This document shows positions 1 to 13,429 of a stretch of DNA of 64,000 nt, piece by piece (position 1 is the stretch's first letter; the number at the start of each line of letters is the position of its first letter). Source of the DNA: Felis catus (Eukaryota). The stretch covers positions 75,580,001 through 75,644,000 of the forward strand of contig NC_058368.1 of the NCBI RefSeq assembly GCF_018350175.1. The letters run 5' to 3'. Both the position numbers and the translations under genes were made by a program. Under the pieces are notes generated by a model. The model saw only the letters and a list, made by a program, of their open reading frames with translations, did not search any database and was not told the origin of the DNA.

Positions 1-279
1 TACTTCAGCTTTGTACGAAAATGTAATACTAAAGATTATTTTACTCTTTACTTTTCAGTTTTCTATGAAGCTTCATTTCTACAGTATCTTTCCTCTGATC
101 TCTGTCATGAAAATTTCATTACGAATGAAAGAACAGAAATTTGCCAAACATGCATCCTATTCAGAGCATAAAATGATTAGTCTTGAGTTTTGATGAAAAT
201 TTTCAAGAACTGAAACATTTAATCCACATACCTGGAAATTACGGATTGTCAAATTCATGCACTACCCATTAAATTGAAA

Positions 280-870
280 TTCTGAAATGAAGGATGGTCA
301 CCAGACAAATACAGGAATTATACCCCTGAGCAGCTCACCTGCACCAGAAGTCACTGAAGCCATAAATATCGAAGAATGTTTGCATGAAAACCTGGATGAA
401 TTGCTGGAATTAGGGTATGGATTGGCATGAGAGTGAGAAAATTCTGAAGGTTGATGATTTAGAGAAGGGTCCACATTCTCCTGCGATTTATCTCCAGGAA
501 TCTTATGTGTTTCTCATGGAGAAGAGCCCAGGGGAAAAGAAAAACAAACAAACAAACAAACAAAAATCTTAGTGTCCTATCCTGGGTTGTGGGTACGAGG
601 AGAGAAAAAGGAGGAGAAGGTGAGGGACAGGAGATAATTTTGAAATAAGTCCAAGGGATTATCCTACCTGAGGTAGAGAACTACCCAACTACAGAACAAG
701 CTAGTGTTCCTGCCTCAACCAAGGTGCAGGAAAAAGGTAACATGGTTCTGAAGTTCACAGACAAGGCTCACAGGAGCACTACAACAGTGACCTTTAATCA
801 TAAGATGACAGAATATTTCTCTTACCTCCTACACCTTACCGTCTTCTCAACGGTAAACTGCATTATAACT
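280..870 (+). mobile_element. Old L1 (L1M-type) 5'-region-like fragment
   Basis: Resembles recalled 5' regions of old mammalian L1s (e.g. 'taatcataagatgacagaatatttctcttacctcctacaccttacc'). Directly abuts the ORF2 remnant. Confidence 0.4.
541..566 (+). repeat. (AAAC)n microsatellite
   Basis: Direct reading. Confidence 0.9.
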
Positions 871-1741
871 AATGCAATGAGAGAAAAGAAAATAAATGTT
901 TTTCAAATTGAAAATGAAGAAATTAAAATGTCTCATTCTGTACACGCCATGGTTTTCCATATAGAAAATACAAGGAAAAAAAGCAAATGAAAAGATCAGT
1001 ACATGATAACTGATGATAGTAAGGTCATCAGACGCAACATCAATACATAAAAGTCAATTGTTTTCCTATATATCAGCAATGAAAAAAAGTAATTTCAAGT
1101 TAAAAACACAATGTTCTTTACAATAGCACTGAAATATGAAATACCCAAGTGCAAATCTAATGAAATATTATGCTATATATTTAGAAACCCTGATGAAAGA
1201 AAACAAAGAAGATCTAAATATATGGAGAGATATTTCAAGTTTGGGGATGGAAAAGTCAATATTACAACATTAATTCTTCCCTGATTAATATATAGAGACA
1301 TTACCATTCCAAACAAAATCCTAGCAAACTACTTTGCAGATATCAACAAACTTATTCTTACATTTAAATGAGAAGGCAAGCAACCTAAAATAGCCAATAC
1401 AATATTGAACAAGATGAATTTGTAGGATGGGCACCACCCAACATCAAGACTTACTATAAAAGGACAGTAATCAAGACAAAATGGCATCAGAAAAGCACAT
1501 ACTAATATATCAATGGAACTCTGTAGAAGCCCTGTAATAGACTTCAAAAATATAATCAACAGATCTTTGACAAATGTGCAAAAGGAATGTACTAAAGGAA
1601 GGATAATCTGTTCATCAAAGGATACTGGAACCATTGGATGGCCATGTGTAAAAACCAAACCAAACCAAACCAAAACAAAACAAAACAAAACAAACTAGAC
1701 ACAGATCTTACAGCTACACAAAAATTAACTCAAAAGGGATC

Positions 1742-1785
1742 ATAGATAGATAGATAGATGATAGATATTGACAGATAAATAGATA
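1742..1785 (+). repeat. Imperfect (GATA)n microsatellite inside L1
   Basis: atagatagatagatagatgatagat... Confidence 0.85.
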
Positions 1786-2603
1786 CATGTATATAACAGA
1801 ACTGCAAAACTTCTAGACAAAAACATTGGAGAAAATCTGGATGACATTGGGTTTGGTGACAGGAGCATTTAGTTACAGCACCAAAAGCACCATCTAAGAA
1901 AAAAAAAAGTTGCACTTCATTATAATTACAAACATTTATTCGGCAAAAGATACTCTTAAAACAATGCAAAGTCAAGTCACAAGCTAGGGGACCATATTTT
2001 CAAACCACATATTTGGTAAAGGAGTTGTATTCCAAATGTACAAATAAAAACACACAAAAAAAGAAATCTTAACTAGAAACTGGGCAATGGTTCGGAACAG
2101 ATGTCTCACCAAAGAAGATGCGCAGGTTGTTCCATAAGCACATGAAAGACGTTTGACCTAATTTGTCTTCAAGGAATCGCACACTGAAACCACAACAAGA
2201 TACCACTATAGACCTACTAGAATAGCTAACGTCCAAAAAACTGACAATGCCAAAATGCTAATTAGGATGTAGAACAACAAGAACTCTCATTCATGGCAGA
2301 TGGGAACATAAAATAGTGCAGTCTTTGGAAGACAGTATGGTAGTTTCTCACAGTTAAGCCTAATCTTACCATCCAATGCGACAGTTGTGTTCCAAAGTGT
2401 TCCCCAGTTAAATTCAAAGCTTGTATCTGTAAAAGCTTGCACACGAGTATTTACATCAGCTTTATTCATATTGCCCCAAATGAAGTAACCAAGATAGCCT
2501 TTAATAGGTGAATGGATAGGTAACTTGTAGTACATTTATATAATGAAGGATTACTAGTGATGGAAACAAATGAATCATCAAACAACAAAAAGACATAGAG
2601 AAA

Positions 2604-2812
2604 GCGTGCCTGGGTGGCTCAGTGGGTTAAGCCTCTGTCTCTTGGTCTCGGCTCAGGTCATGATATCATCGTTTGTGGGTTCATACCCCTCATTGGCCTT
2701 CGCAATGACAAGGCAGAGCCCGTTTGGGATTCTCCCTCTCTCCCTCTCCTTCTACCCCTCCCCATTGGCACTTGCTTTCTCTCTCTCAAAATAAATAAAT
2801 AATTAAAAAAAA
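2604..2812 (+). mobile_element. Can-SINE (older)
   Basis: Head cctgggtggctcag, CT tract and aataaa tail. Approximate TSD aaaaagacataga. Confidence 0.93.
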
Positions 2813-3021
2813 GACATAGAAGAAAGTCAAATGGATGTTGTTAAGTTACAAAGCCAGTATGAAAAAGCTGCGTATTATGTGATTCCAGTTACATTATGGA
2901 AAATGTAAACTACGGAGGCAGTAAAATGATTGGTGGTTGCCAGGGTGGGGCAAAGGGATGAATAAGTAAGGTACAGGGGATTTTTAAGGTCTTAAAACTT
3001 TCCATATAAAACTGTAATGAT

Positions 3022-3246
3022 GGGGGCACCTGGGTGGCTCTGTTGGTTAAGTGTCCGACTTCAGCTCAAGTCATGATCTCACGGTTCATGGGTTTGAGTC
3101 CCGCGTCTGGCCCTAAGCTGATGGCTCAGAGCCTGGAACGTGCTTCGGATTCTGTGTCTCCCTCTCTCTCTGCCCCTCCCCTGCTCACACTCTGTCTCTC
3201 TTTATCTTTCAAAAAATAAATAAATAAATGTTAAAAAAAATTTTTA
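3022..3246 (+). mobile_element. Can-SINE (felid type)
   Basis: Head ggggcacctgggtggctc, gattctgtgtctccctctctc and A tail. Degenerate TSD aaaactgtaatgatg/aaaactataataatg. Confidence 0.95.
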
Positions 3247-5679
3247 AAAAACTATAATAATGGACACCTGGCATTATGCATTTTTCAAACCTGTAGAACT
3301 TGACAGCACAAATAGAGAGTTTCAGTACATGAAAATCTATTCTGAATTAAAAAAAAGTTACTTAGGATCCCCTGGAATCTCAGGAAGAAAAGCAGACTGG
3401 GGCAAAAATTCAACTGTATTATAAACACATGAAAAGCTCCCTGAAGGAAGTAGGAGGAAGGGACTACTGACTGGTGTTAACTTTTCAAATGAGTAGCAGC
3501 TATAAGACTGAAGGTTGAAGGGGTTGCTAGTAACCTTTGTGCTCTGGTTGATGAAGTTTATCCCATTAGGATATGGGTTAACAATTCTCGTAACTATCCG
3601 TGTGCCCTGACGTTGAACAATAAAGTAAAGAAATGAATGAACACTGGATGACGAGAGCCAGGCTCCTCACTACTGGGGAATATGCAGATAAGCGAGGGGG
3701 GGTGAGAGTCTAGAATTGTCCATATGGATCACTGGAGAAGTCAGTGTTAACTCGTGTTTTGTTAAATACAGATACAGATGGTTCCACACAGAAATATGTA
3801 TAGACATGTGTACATGCATGGGTTAGTCTGAACTGAGAGTGAGGAAAGAGATGATATCCTAGTAGCAAAGAACCCATCAGATCTTGGATTCTAATGTTAT
3901 TTTCCAATAACAAGTTCCAGGACTATTTGGAGAAATGACTGATTCTAGGACTGGAGCAGAAGAATAAGCAGGATGAGCCTGGAGCGTTATGTAGGGCCAG
4001 TAATTAAGGAAGTGCCAAAAAAAAATATCCCATTGAAGGGCACGTCATTTTTTTTTCCAGATATTTTGCTTATGTTGAGCCAGGCACAGTGCTAGCTTCT
4101 TGCATTGATTTTTCTCTTTTAATCGCAATGATTAGCAATTTCCAGGTATGCAAATTGGATAGTTTACCTGGATCATTATAAGGTCCGTTATAGTTCAAAT
4201 AAGTTACAGAGCTAGGAACCAAACAAACATCTGTAGAAGTCCCAATTTGCCTTTTTTGAACATAAGCCCTGAGGCTCCTCTACTGGGAATATCCCATTCA
4301 GAATCATTAAGATATGCCTGTGATAGTAGCAAAACCAAGGGTCGTTTGTATGTTCAGGAAGTGTAATCAACTTTTTAAAGGCAGAATGAAATTTTACTGT
4401 GCCTCTGAGTTAAGGTGTGTTGTTATTTGGGGGACAGATTCCACATTTGTGGCAATTCAAGACTGCCTTTTAGCAAAATTCATCATGTGATAAATTATAT
4501 CTTGGTACTGAAGTAGCAAACCAGTAACTGTTAGGTCATAATAAAGAAATATCACAGACAACGGAAGAATCTGATTCACGCATCCTGAGAGGCTATTGTC
4601 CCTAATTCTGTACAGGGTTTGATACCAAAATACCAAAGATGGAATTGACAACAATTAAGAGCAGCCATGATCTCTGTAATACATGAGCTGCGCCCACTGA
4701 TGCTTCCTCATAGAGCATCAAGCAATTGTACTCACAAGTGGGTACTTGCTCATGCAAATTAATGGTAATTACAAAATAAATCATAACCGCCGCCAAAAAA
4801 CACCCTAGATTCTTCAAATTATATCTAATACATGATCAATTGTTAGTTGATGATTTTCAAAATATTACAAAGTGCTTTTTGAGATAAAGCTTTCCTTCAC
4901 GATTTTAAATACTGCAGATTTATTTATTCCCAAATTTCTTAAAGATAGTTAATATGGAACAGTGGAAATAACCATGAGACTATCTTCTGCACAATTGGTG
5001 TATCAATAGGGACAGATGTTCCTCTCTGGATTTATGCCACCTATACAATTTTAATTGCCTTTAAAAATAGTTTTAAGCATTGATGCTAGAAGCAAAGCCA
5101 AAGTTGGCGGTGAGCATGTTATGCAGATTCACTTGAGCGTTTTAGACACCGCCTGTCAACAACTATCTTACATTTTCCACTTGGAAAATTATCTTCCTGA
5201 TAATCACATAAAGAAAATATCTATCAATATTTAATTATTCTACCTTGAAACATGATTTAGCTGCCTTCACTTGCATTTCATTTTCAAAAACACAAAATTA
5301 AAGATTAATTAGTATGGAACTCTTATTAACTAATCAGAATTCCAAAAAAAGGAGTTTGGTGGTAGTTCTCTTCTCCCTTTGGGTCAGTGATTTAATTATG
5401 TAGAAGGCTATCAAGTGTTTTTCTTTTATTTTTCTTTTAGATTCTAACACTATTGAGCTTCTTGCGCATAGTGATACGCCATACGGAAATTTTTTTTCTC
5501 TTTTTCTGTAGTGCAAAAAATAAAAAATGAAAACAAAAACAAGTGGTCAAGTGTAGGTCTAGATAACGCTAGGTACAATGAACCTAATTTGTGGTGATTT
5601 GAATATTCTCATTATCATCATCATTACTCTTTTAAGTTATTTTCGTGTTTCTTGTATTTAAAGAATCCTCCTCCCGGCT

Positions 5680-5742
5680 TGTTTCTTTTCTTTTTCTTTT
5701 CTCTTCTTTTCTTTCCTTCCTTTTTCTTTCTTTTCTTTTTTT
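5680..5742. repeat. Pyrimidine-rich (CTTT/CTTTT) simple repeat
   Basis: Direct reading. Confidence 0.85.
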
Positions 5743-8105
5743 AATATGAACATTTTCTTTTCCAGAGACTTTGAGTTTGGGTTTTGCGTGAATGTGCTCA
5801 GTTGTTAAAAGGGAATTGTCTTTGGCCATCAATCCATAATGCTTGGAATGTTTCCAGATGGCCACACTGATTTTAACTGTTCTGCTACACAATGTAGATT
5901 GTTTTAATGTTGGGCTGGGCTGTCATTGGGACACTTCCAGAGATAAAATAACTTTAAACCATTTGGCTTTTCTTATCTTTCGTTTCTCATTATTTTAAAT
6001 CTCTACCATAGCACTCACAGGAGCACCCTACAGTTTAGAAAAAAGAAAGAAAGACAAATACACATACAAATACCTTATAGACTCATATTTCTCAGCAAGA
6101 TTCTCTTTCCAAGAAATGTTATCTTTTTGATAAGTGTCCCTTTGTGCTTCTAAAAAAGTTTGAAATTTGATAAGAGTGATAAAGAGCCATTATGTGTATC
6201 TTAAAACAAATAGTAGGTGAGCTATAATTTTTTTTCACAAGTTGACCTAAGAATGATAGGCCTAGAAATTAGAAGTGGGACACAAATTTAAATTCTTACA
6301 AACCTTTAACTTCTATTTGAAAAGTAAGCAGAAAAAAAAATAATCAAAAAATAAGCAGACAAATAAATCTCTTAAAAAGTTTGTACATCCAGGAAGAATG
6401 CCTTTTGTCAATGGATACCTAAGTGTTCTTTACTTTGTGCCTGTATTAAGTTCATTAATCCACTTACACAAACACTCAGATAGCTATTCCTTGCTGTAAT
6501 TTTTCTGTTCAGTATCCAGGTCAAATTATGAAAAGTAAAACCCTTGGAGAGAAAGAATCTATATAGTAACTTTGTAAGTAATCTGAACTTAGAAAAACAG
6601 CATGGCCTCACCAATGTTCTGGCCCTACCCAATTTTCAACCCCTTGGTTCTTTTGCTCACATCTCTGTTTTATTTAACTGCTAGACCATTAAGAATTCTT
6701 AAGGAAGATAACTCACATGACTCACAAATGTAATCCCCACACGATCCGGAACCGTTCCTCAACCATAAGGAAAAGGGAGGCATTTAATATTTTTTAAAAA
6801 AGCATCCATTTTAATTCAGCTCTGGAACCAAACGATGAAGAAAAGGTACAAGTGTAGGCTTTTTTGGTATTTTTATATAAAATACCAAGTCCTCAGACAA
6901 AACGGTGCTAAAATTGCAGACAGAAGAAGATTTAGATAGGTATCAGAATCCGATAGTCAAATGGGAGAGCAGAATTCAATGCTTCTCACCAAAATATATC
7001 TTTAAAACGTTTGTACCAATTATATTGTAATAGAGGACATCTTCTTCTTTCATGTTTCTGTAGACGTTAAAGGCAAAAACGGTTAATACGTGAAAGAAAT
7101 ATTTGAAGGAACCGGGCCATCAAAAACATCAAGCTATCAAGGTTTCAAGTTTCTCAAAACCAATAGGAAGTAACATCTTATAAATCAAAAACTAATTATA
7201 AAAAGAAAATTACAAAATATAACAGTAGATCTACTTGTGATTTATTTCGACTTTCTCCTTTGATCCAGATAAGAGTTTCTTTTGTAGATCAGATTAAGCA
7301 TCACAAGATTAATGGCACACTTAGACATGCATTTGAACATTTTTTCAAGCTAGTTCTTTTGGAGACTTGGTCCTAAAGGCTCGCCTGTAAATTGCCTATA
7401 ACTGATTACGGTTACATAAACACTTAATAAATGCAGACCCAAAGAACTTTCTCTGTTGGTTCCTTTATTGTTTGCTCCCGCTCTCCACAAACTTCCAAGA
7501 GTTTTGGGTTCTCTTGTTATTCAGCAACCACAAGTCTAGTCCCAAACTCATATCCTTAAAATTATATCAGTTCCCTTTTTACACCTAACTCCTAACAACT
7601 TTTCTTATTGGGCTTGGCTATTGATATCTGCTGAGTGATATTTTATAGTTTTCAAATCAATGCCTCCTCTAATTCCCAAGAAAATTATTTCTTCTTTTAT
7701 TGATCAATGATTTTATTTTGGGAACTAGAATTTGTGAGTCAAGAATTATTCTTCAGGTACCAGAATAATTCCTGGGCTAAAGAGAATTTCAGAATTTCAC
7801 CAGAAAGTTTCATGTGGAAAAGTGAAACAGATACAAAATATGTCACCAAATTTTACCACTCTTCTTTTTGTAGTAGCTCCAATTTGAACTATTCAAGCAG
7901 GCAGCATTACTTAGATGAAAAAGTGTGGTATGGGGTGTATAAGTAGAATTTTTCACTTATAATTCCACTAGAGATATAACAAAGAGAACTTGCAGACCAG
8001 AGTTGGGAAGTAGAAACATAAAAAGAAAAAAGGATTAAGATACAATCAGTTCATTTCCATCTAACACAGCAGGCTACATTAGAAATAATTTACTCTAGTT
8101 TCAGG

Positions 8106-8820
8106 TTTTTTTGAAGGAACTTCCATGCTGTTCTCCAGAGTGGCTACACCAGTTTGCATTCACACCAGCAGTTCAAGAGGGTCCCCCTTTCTCCACATCT
8201 TCACCATCATCTGTTGTTTCTTGTGTTGTTAATTTTAGCCATTCTGACAGGAGTGAGGTGGGAGCTCATTATGGTTTTGATTTTATTTCCCTGATGATGA
8301 GTGATGTTGAGCACCTTTTCATGTGTCTGTTAGCCATTTGGATGTCTTCTTTGGAAAAGTGTCTATTCATGTCTTATCCAGCAATTGCATTATTAGGTAC
8401 TTACCTAAAGGATACAAAAATACAGATTCAAAGGGACACATACACTCCAGTGTTTATAGCAGCATTATCAACAATAGCCAAACTATAGCAAACTGTGGAA
8501 AAAAACCCAAATGTCCATCCATTGACTGCTGAATGGACAAAGATGTGGAGTACACACACACACACACACACGCAAACACACACACACACACACTCTCTCT
8601 CTCTCTTTCTCTCTCTCACGCTGGGATATTACTCAGCTATCAAAAAGAATGAAATTTTTCCATTTGCAATGATGTGGATGCAGCTAGAATGTATTAAGCT
8701 AAGCAAAGTAAGTCAATCAGGAAAGACAAATATCATTTGATTTCACTCATATGTGGAATTTGAGAAACAAAACAGATGAACCAATGGGAAGTGGCAGGGA
8801 AGAGAAGAGAGGAGAAAAAG
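8106..8820. mobile_element. 5'-inverted L1 (carnivore type): minus-strand ORF2 segment 8106-8374 joined to plus-strand ORF2 end/3' UTR 8375-8820
   Basis: ORF 8111-8488 switches from antisense L1 to sense YPAIALLG..TPVFIAALSTIAKL. Contains a (CA)n(CT)n tract at 8552-8618. Confidence 0.92.
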
Positions 8821-8878
8821 ACACCTTTGTTCGTGCAGCTCTAGGAAACCACCTAAATATATCACTTCTTGTATTTTA

Positions 8879-9100
8879 TTTTTTTTTAATTTTTTTTCAA
8901 CGTTTATTTATTTTTGGGACAGAGAGAGACAGAGCATGAACGGGGGAGGGGCAGAGAGAGAGGGAGACACAGAATCGGAAACAGGCTCCAGGCTCTGAGC
9001 CATCAGCCCAGAGCCCGACGCGGGGCTCGAACTCACGGACCGCGAGATTGTGACCTGGCTGAAGTCGGATGCTTAACCGACTGCGCCACCCAGGCGCCCC
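8879..9100 (-). mobile_element. Young felid SINE (SINEC_Fc-like)
   Basis: Near-consensus. Perfect TSD acttcttgtatttta at 8864-8878 and 9101-9115. Confidence 0.97.
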
Positions 9101-9179
9101 ACTTCTTGTATTTTAAAACAAACATCTATTTAGAAGTTGCTATGCAGCTACCATTCTACTAATTACAGATAATGCAAAG

Positions 9180-9375
9180 ACGATCGTCGTTTGGGATTGG
9201 AAAGTTGTGGGGTGAGGATGATGACTGACTGCAAATGGTTGTGGAGTTTATTGATGGGGGACAAAAGGTCCTATAATTAGATCGCGCTGATTGTGCAATC
9301 ATAGGAATACACAAACGACACTGACTCAAACGCGGTATATGAATTTTACTTCAATAGAGCTGTTTAAAAAAATAA
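9180..9375 (+). mobile_element. Old L1M 3' end fragment
   Basis: gactgcaaatgg...ggtatatgaattttacttcaatagagctgtttaaaaaa. Confidence 0.65.
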
Positions 9376-10309
9376 AACAGACTCTGGTTTCAAGCAAATC
9401 ACAGTGAGTTTGAGGACAGAGATAGGTAACTATGAGAATTTGTATTTAATCGAAGCGTGATGTTGGCGGTCACACAGGAGTGTTTCTCACTAGGACAAAG
9501 TGAGGAGTGGAAGAAGCCAGAGAATGTTCTCAAAGAAGATGACAAGAGGGGCAAGTCGTTGATAATGAAGAAGGGCCAAAGAAGAGGTGAGAGAATGGCA
9601 TTCTAGTTAGGGGAGGACATCCTTACAGAGACAGACAGCTTCATGTCCAAAGATCTTAAGCAAGAAGAAACCAAATCAACATACACCAATCACTACTGAA
9701 GTGAAGTAGAAAAATGAAACCTTTAACAGTGAGAAATATGCATGGTCAAACCTGAGTTGGCATGTCAGGATATTTAATTTGATTTCAAAGCATAACATGC
9801 CTTCTACTCTTCACAAATTTTCATATATTCATGTCTCTGAGAATTTCAGCAAGATAACCTCAATGAAAAAAAATTCATTTAAAAACATTATTTTAAAACT
9901 CTTATCTACCATATTTAGAGTCATATCAAATTTATCTGAATATACCATTTTTCTCAGGGCGCTTATGAAACATACAACAGGCTGTTTTTCAAAGACATTC
10001 TCTAAGCACGTTCTGAAAAGATGGGTTAGTTCTGCTGGCTCGAGGCTTGGGTTCAGCTTGAAGGTCATGCCACATTGAGGCTAAGCTTTCTGGGTGTGAG
10101 AGCTAGTGAAGTACCTCACCTCGTAAGTGAACACTCACATTTGATCAGTGCTAGATCTTTGCTACAAATATGGATCTATGCATGCTTCCTGGGTCCATAA
10201 GTGTGGTTTGTGCTTAAAATGCATTACTATGTTCAGTGAAATATGAAAACATGGTAAAAAAAATCTTATGTTAAATATCTGTTGTTGATTTAAAATGTAT
10301 ATGAGAGAC

Positions 10310-10510
10310 ACAATAGTACAGAAATAAAGACCATACGTTTGAGAGTCAGACTAATTTGATTTTGAAGGCCTGTTTCTAGCTGTGGGCATTTGAACAAATT
10401 CCCTCCTCTCTCTCTGCCTGTTTCTTCATGTATTAAATGGTGATATCAAAAAACCTAGTCTTAGTGTTGTCATGAGAATTCAATAAGATGATGCAACATG
10501 CTTGCTAAGT
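10310..10510 (+). mobile_element. MIR
   Basis: Core-like 'gagtcagac...ctagctgtgggcatttgaacaaatt...ctctctgcctgtttcttcatgtattaaatgg...gttgtcatgagaatt'. Confidence 0.7.
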
Positions 10511-10959
10511 AGAGTAAAATTTTGTTTCGGGGGAAACAAATAAAAAGGTTTCTGATCTAATTTTTATTTATCAACTATTTCGATTATTGGGAAGTTATAG
10601 AGTAGGCAAGTTAGACACTAAATGACAGGAGGTTTTGTGTTCATGTTTTTTTGTTTCTAATAAATGTATGATACTAGAGAGTTTGAGAATGTTTCCTGGG
10701 TCAGATCAATAGAGCTTGAATATGAGCTTCACCATTTACCAGTTCTGTATGGAGCATTTTATTTAAACTCCCTGTACTATACTTTTATTATCTGTAAAAT
10801 GGGTAAATATTTAACTATAGTTGCTGCAGAAACTGAAAAAAAACACACTAAATGTAATATGGAAAAGCATGCAGTACTCATATGTGATTAAAAATGTGAA
10901 TTTTTCACAACCTGCCCACACCACAATGTGACGGTCTACAAGGAGTCCACATGCATGAC

Positions 10960-11240
10960 CATCAGCAGAGGCATGAGAGAGTAGAAACAGACCCACAGAG
11001 CTTCCAGATACAGGTTGTCCTTTCAGACACCAGCTTTAAAACATCCACTCAAGTCACGTTCAAGAAGAAAAATGCACAATTTAAAGGTTTAACCAAGTGT
11101 GGAACGTAGTTCTCAAAATTCCAGAAAATAAAATTCCATTATTAATTCCACTTAAGGATCCACGGATTCATTTGGCAGTCTATCAGGCCCAACTGAAAAA
11201 CGCATGATTAAATTGGGAGAGAAACAAGAAGAAACTCTCC
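10960..11240 (+). mobile_element. Old L1 ORF1-region remnant
   Basis: 'agacccacagagcttccagatacagg...tcagacaccagctttaaa' resembles the start of old L1M ORF1. Confidence 0.5.
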
Positions 11241-11241
11241 A

Positions 11242-11412
11242 GGGGCGCCTGGGTGGCTCAGTCATTTGAGCGTCCGACTCTTGATTTCAACTCAGGTCAT
11301 GATCCCAAGGTCTTGGGATCAAGCTCTCCCTTGGGGTCTGAGCTGACAGTGCAGGACTGCTTGGGATCCCCCCCCCCCCGCCCCACCCGTGCTCGCTCTC
11401 TTTCTCTCAAAA

Positions 11413-11447
<35 letters not shown>

Positions 11448-11455
11448 ATATTTAA
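11242..11455 (+). mobile_element. Can-SINE (older) with (AAAT)n tail
   Basis: Head ggggcgcctgggtggctcag; gactcttgatttc variant. Confidence 0.94.
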
Positions 11456-11466
11456 GCAAACAAATC

Positions 11467-11468
11467 GA

Positions 11469-11512
<44 letters not shown>

Positions 11513-11515
11513 AAA
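11467..11515 (+). repeat. (GAAA)n tetranucleotide microsatellite
   Basis: Direct reading. Confidence 0.95.
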
Positions 11516-11749
11516 GTTTTAAGATGATAATAAGACATTGCATGGCTTAATAAAGGACGTAAGTACCAAAAAATATGAGACTCTTCAACTTGCCATTGTA
11601 GTACATTATCCCCTAACCTGCACAAATCATAGAAGTGCAGCATGATGAAAAATCACAGGCGAATTGACCATATAAAGACCAACCTAATCAAAAACTAGGA
11701 AATTATCAGAAATTCACCAGGTCTGTAAGGTAAACCCTATCTTCTAAAA

Positions 11750-12010
11750 CGTAGAACTATCCTCTCTAGTGGTATTTGTGTTAATAATAATATTAATATA
11801 TCATATGTAATTTTGTCTTGCTATTTTTGAACTTTATATGCATTCAGTATGTTATATGTTATGTTATGTCTGACATATTTTACTAAACATTGATTTTTGA
11901 GAATCATTCATTCCATTCATTACCATTACTGATAGTATTCCTTTGTGTGAACATGCCACAAATTATCTATTTCAGCGTTGGTGGACATTTGCATCTTGTT
12001 TCCTAGGTGT
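11750..12010 (-). mobile_element. Old L1ME-like 3' fragment
   Basis: 'tttttgaactttatat...atagtattcctttgtgtgaacatgccacaaattatctat...ggtggacattt'. Confidence 0.65.
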
Positions 12011-12975
12011 CGTAATTGTGGAGACGACATTTTGAGGTGTTTCACGTTCAGTCAATTACATTTCAAGGAAACCTGAATGTACACAGATACATGATGGAAA
12101 TTATTTCAATAAGATATTGATGTAAAATATATATATATAATTCCATAGCTCCATTCTACCCATTAGTTTTGCCCCCAAACATATACAGTAAATTATAGAA
12201 ATAAATTCAATTAAATAAATTACAGAAATAATAATTAAACAATGGAGGACTGTGGTTGAATCTTTGTTACTGCAGACATGCTGCTTTCTGTGCCTGATAA
12301 GAAAATCCTGAGGATGTTTCCAAACTATTGAACACTTTGATTGTCTGGTTTAATCAGATGGGGACAAAGTAATGGAGAGGTTAGCCACATCCACCTCTGT
12401 TGACTCAACCTTGTTCATCATCTAAGAGGTGTATGCAGGTAAACGGTGGTAGCTACGGTGTACTGAGGGGTTATCCTGTCTTGAGATAGTGAAGAGAGAA
12501 CGAGTGTCAACTCTTTCACCATGAATCACAAGAAAACACGCTTAGTATCTGTCTCAGGCAAAGTTTTCAAATACTTACTCTAGATATAACTGTAAACATT
12601 GACAACATAGAGCGAACGAAGACTTACATAAACGAACCAAACAAAATAGTGTCTAAAGAGTTAAATTACATGGTGTACACACCGTGTGGAGAGTACTAGA
12701 AAGTTTAACGATGACAATACACAATGTAGACGGTTCTAACTACTGATTTCTCTGTGTGTTGGCTCTTGGCATAACGATACTTAGGTCTATTAACTTTACA
12801 CCCACAGAAACTGCCCTCTACCAATCATCACATTCCTGCTAACTCTACATTTCACCTATCCCTTCCCACAAACCATAGTTAACACTGTAAAGACAGTAAT
12901 AACTCAAATACTGAAATTGCTTCTGTTTTGTTTCAAAAGGAAAACGCCATTTTTATTATTTTATATATATATATA

Positions 12976-13193
12976 TTTTTTAATTTTTTTGACGTTTATT
13001 TATTTTTGAGATAGGGGGAGACAGAGTGCGAGTGGAGGAGAGGCAGAGAGAGAGGGAGGCACAGAATTCCAAGCAGACTTCAGGCTCTGAGCTGTCAGCA
13101 CAGAGCCCGAGGCAGGACTCAAATCCATGGAGCACAAGATCATGACCTGAGCTGAAGTCGGACGCTCAACCAGGCGCCCACACAGGCGCCCCC
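12976..13193 (-). mobile_element. Can-SINE (felid type)
   Basis: Reverse-strand body. TSD ttattttatatatat. The head carries a small caggcgccc duplication. Confidence 0.95.
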
Positions 13194-13429
13194 TCTTATT
13201 TTATATATATTTTTTAGCAAAGTTGCACTTCACGCTCCTTTCTAATTCCAAGGTGAAGTGGTCAGGTGAATCCTTCACCCAAGAAAATTCACGAGAACGG
13301 ACGTCAAATTTGCTTTTTACTCACCATGATATATACCGATCCTAGTATATTGCCCAGGCATACATTAGACAATCAATATGCGGTGAATGAAAGAACACGC
13401 ATCTTCTTGGCGTATCCAAACAAATTATA

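Larger units (their letters stand above)
870..4030 (+). mobile_element. Old L1 (L1MC/L1MD-like): decayed 3' half of ORF2 plus long 3' UTR, interrupted by two SINEs
   Basis: Starts with an ENEEIKMS..AMVFHIEN-like match to ORF2 RT (EEVKLSLFADDMILYIEN). A-rich ORF2-like sequence runs to about 2600. The 3' UTR has 'cagatacagatggtt...ggagaaatgactgattctaggactgg...gagcctggagc'. Many stops and frameshifts. Confidence 0.85.

Noticed and set aside
6864..6888. Hairpin ttggtatttt-tatat-aaaataccaa
   Set aside because: Short and AT-rich, plausible by chance in 64 kb. Too small for a miRNA precursor.
9779..10078. Overlapping 99-aa and 79-aa ORFs in non-repeat DNA
   Set aside because: No recognisable domain and no convincing splice structure. 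Length is within chance expectation.
11242..11320. tRNA-like A/B-box sequences at SINE heads
   Set aside because: These are the tRNA-derived part of Can-SINEs, followed by CT tracts and A tails. They are not tRNA genes.
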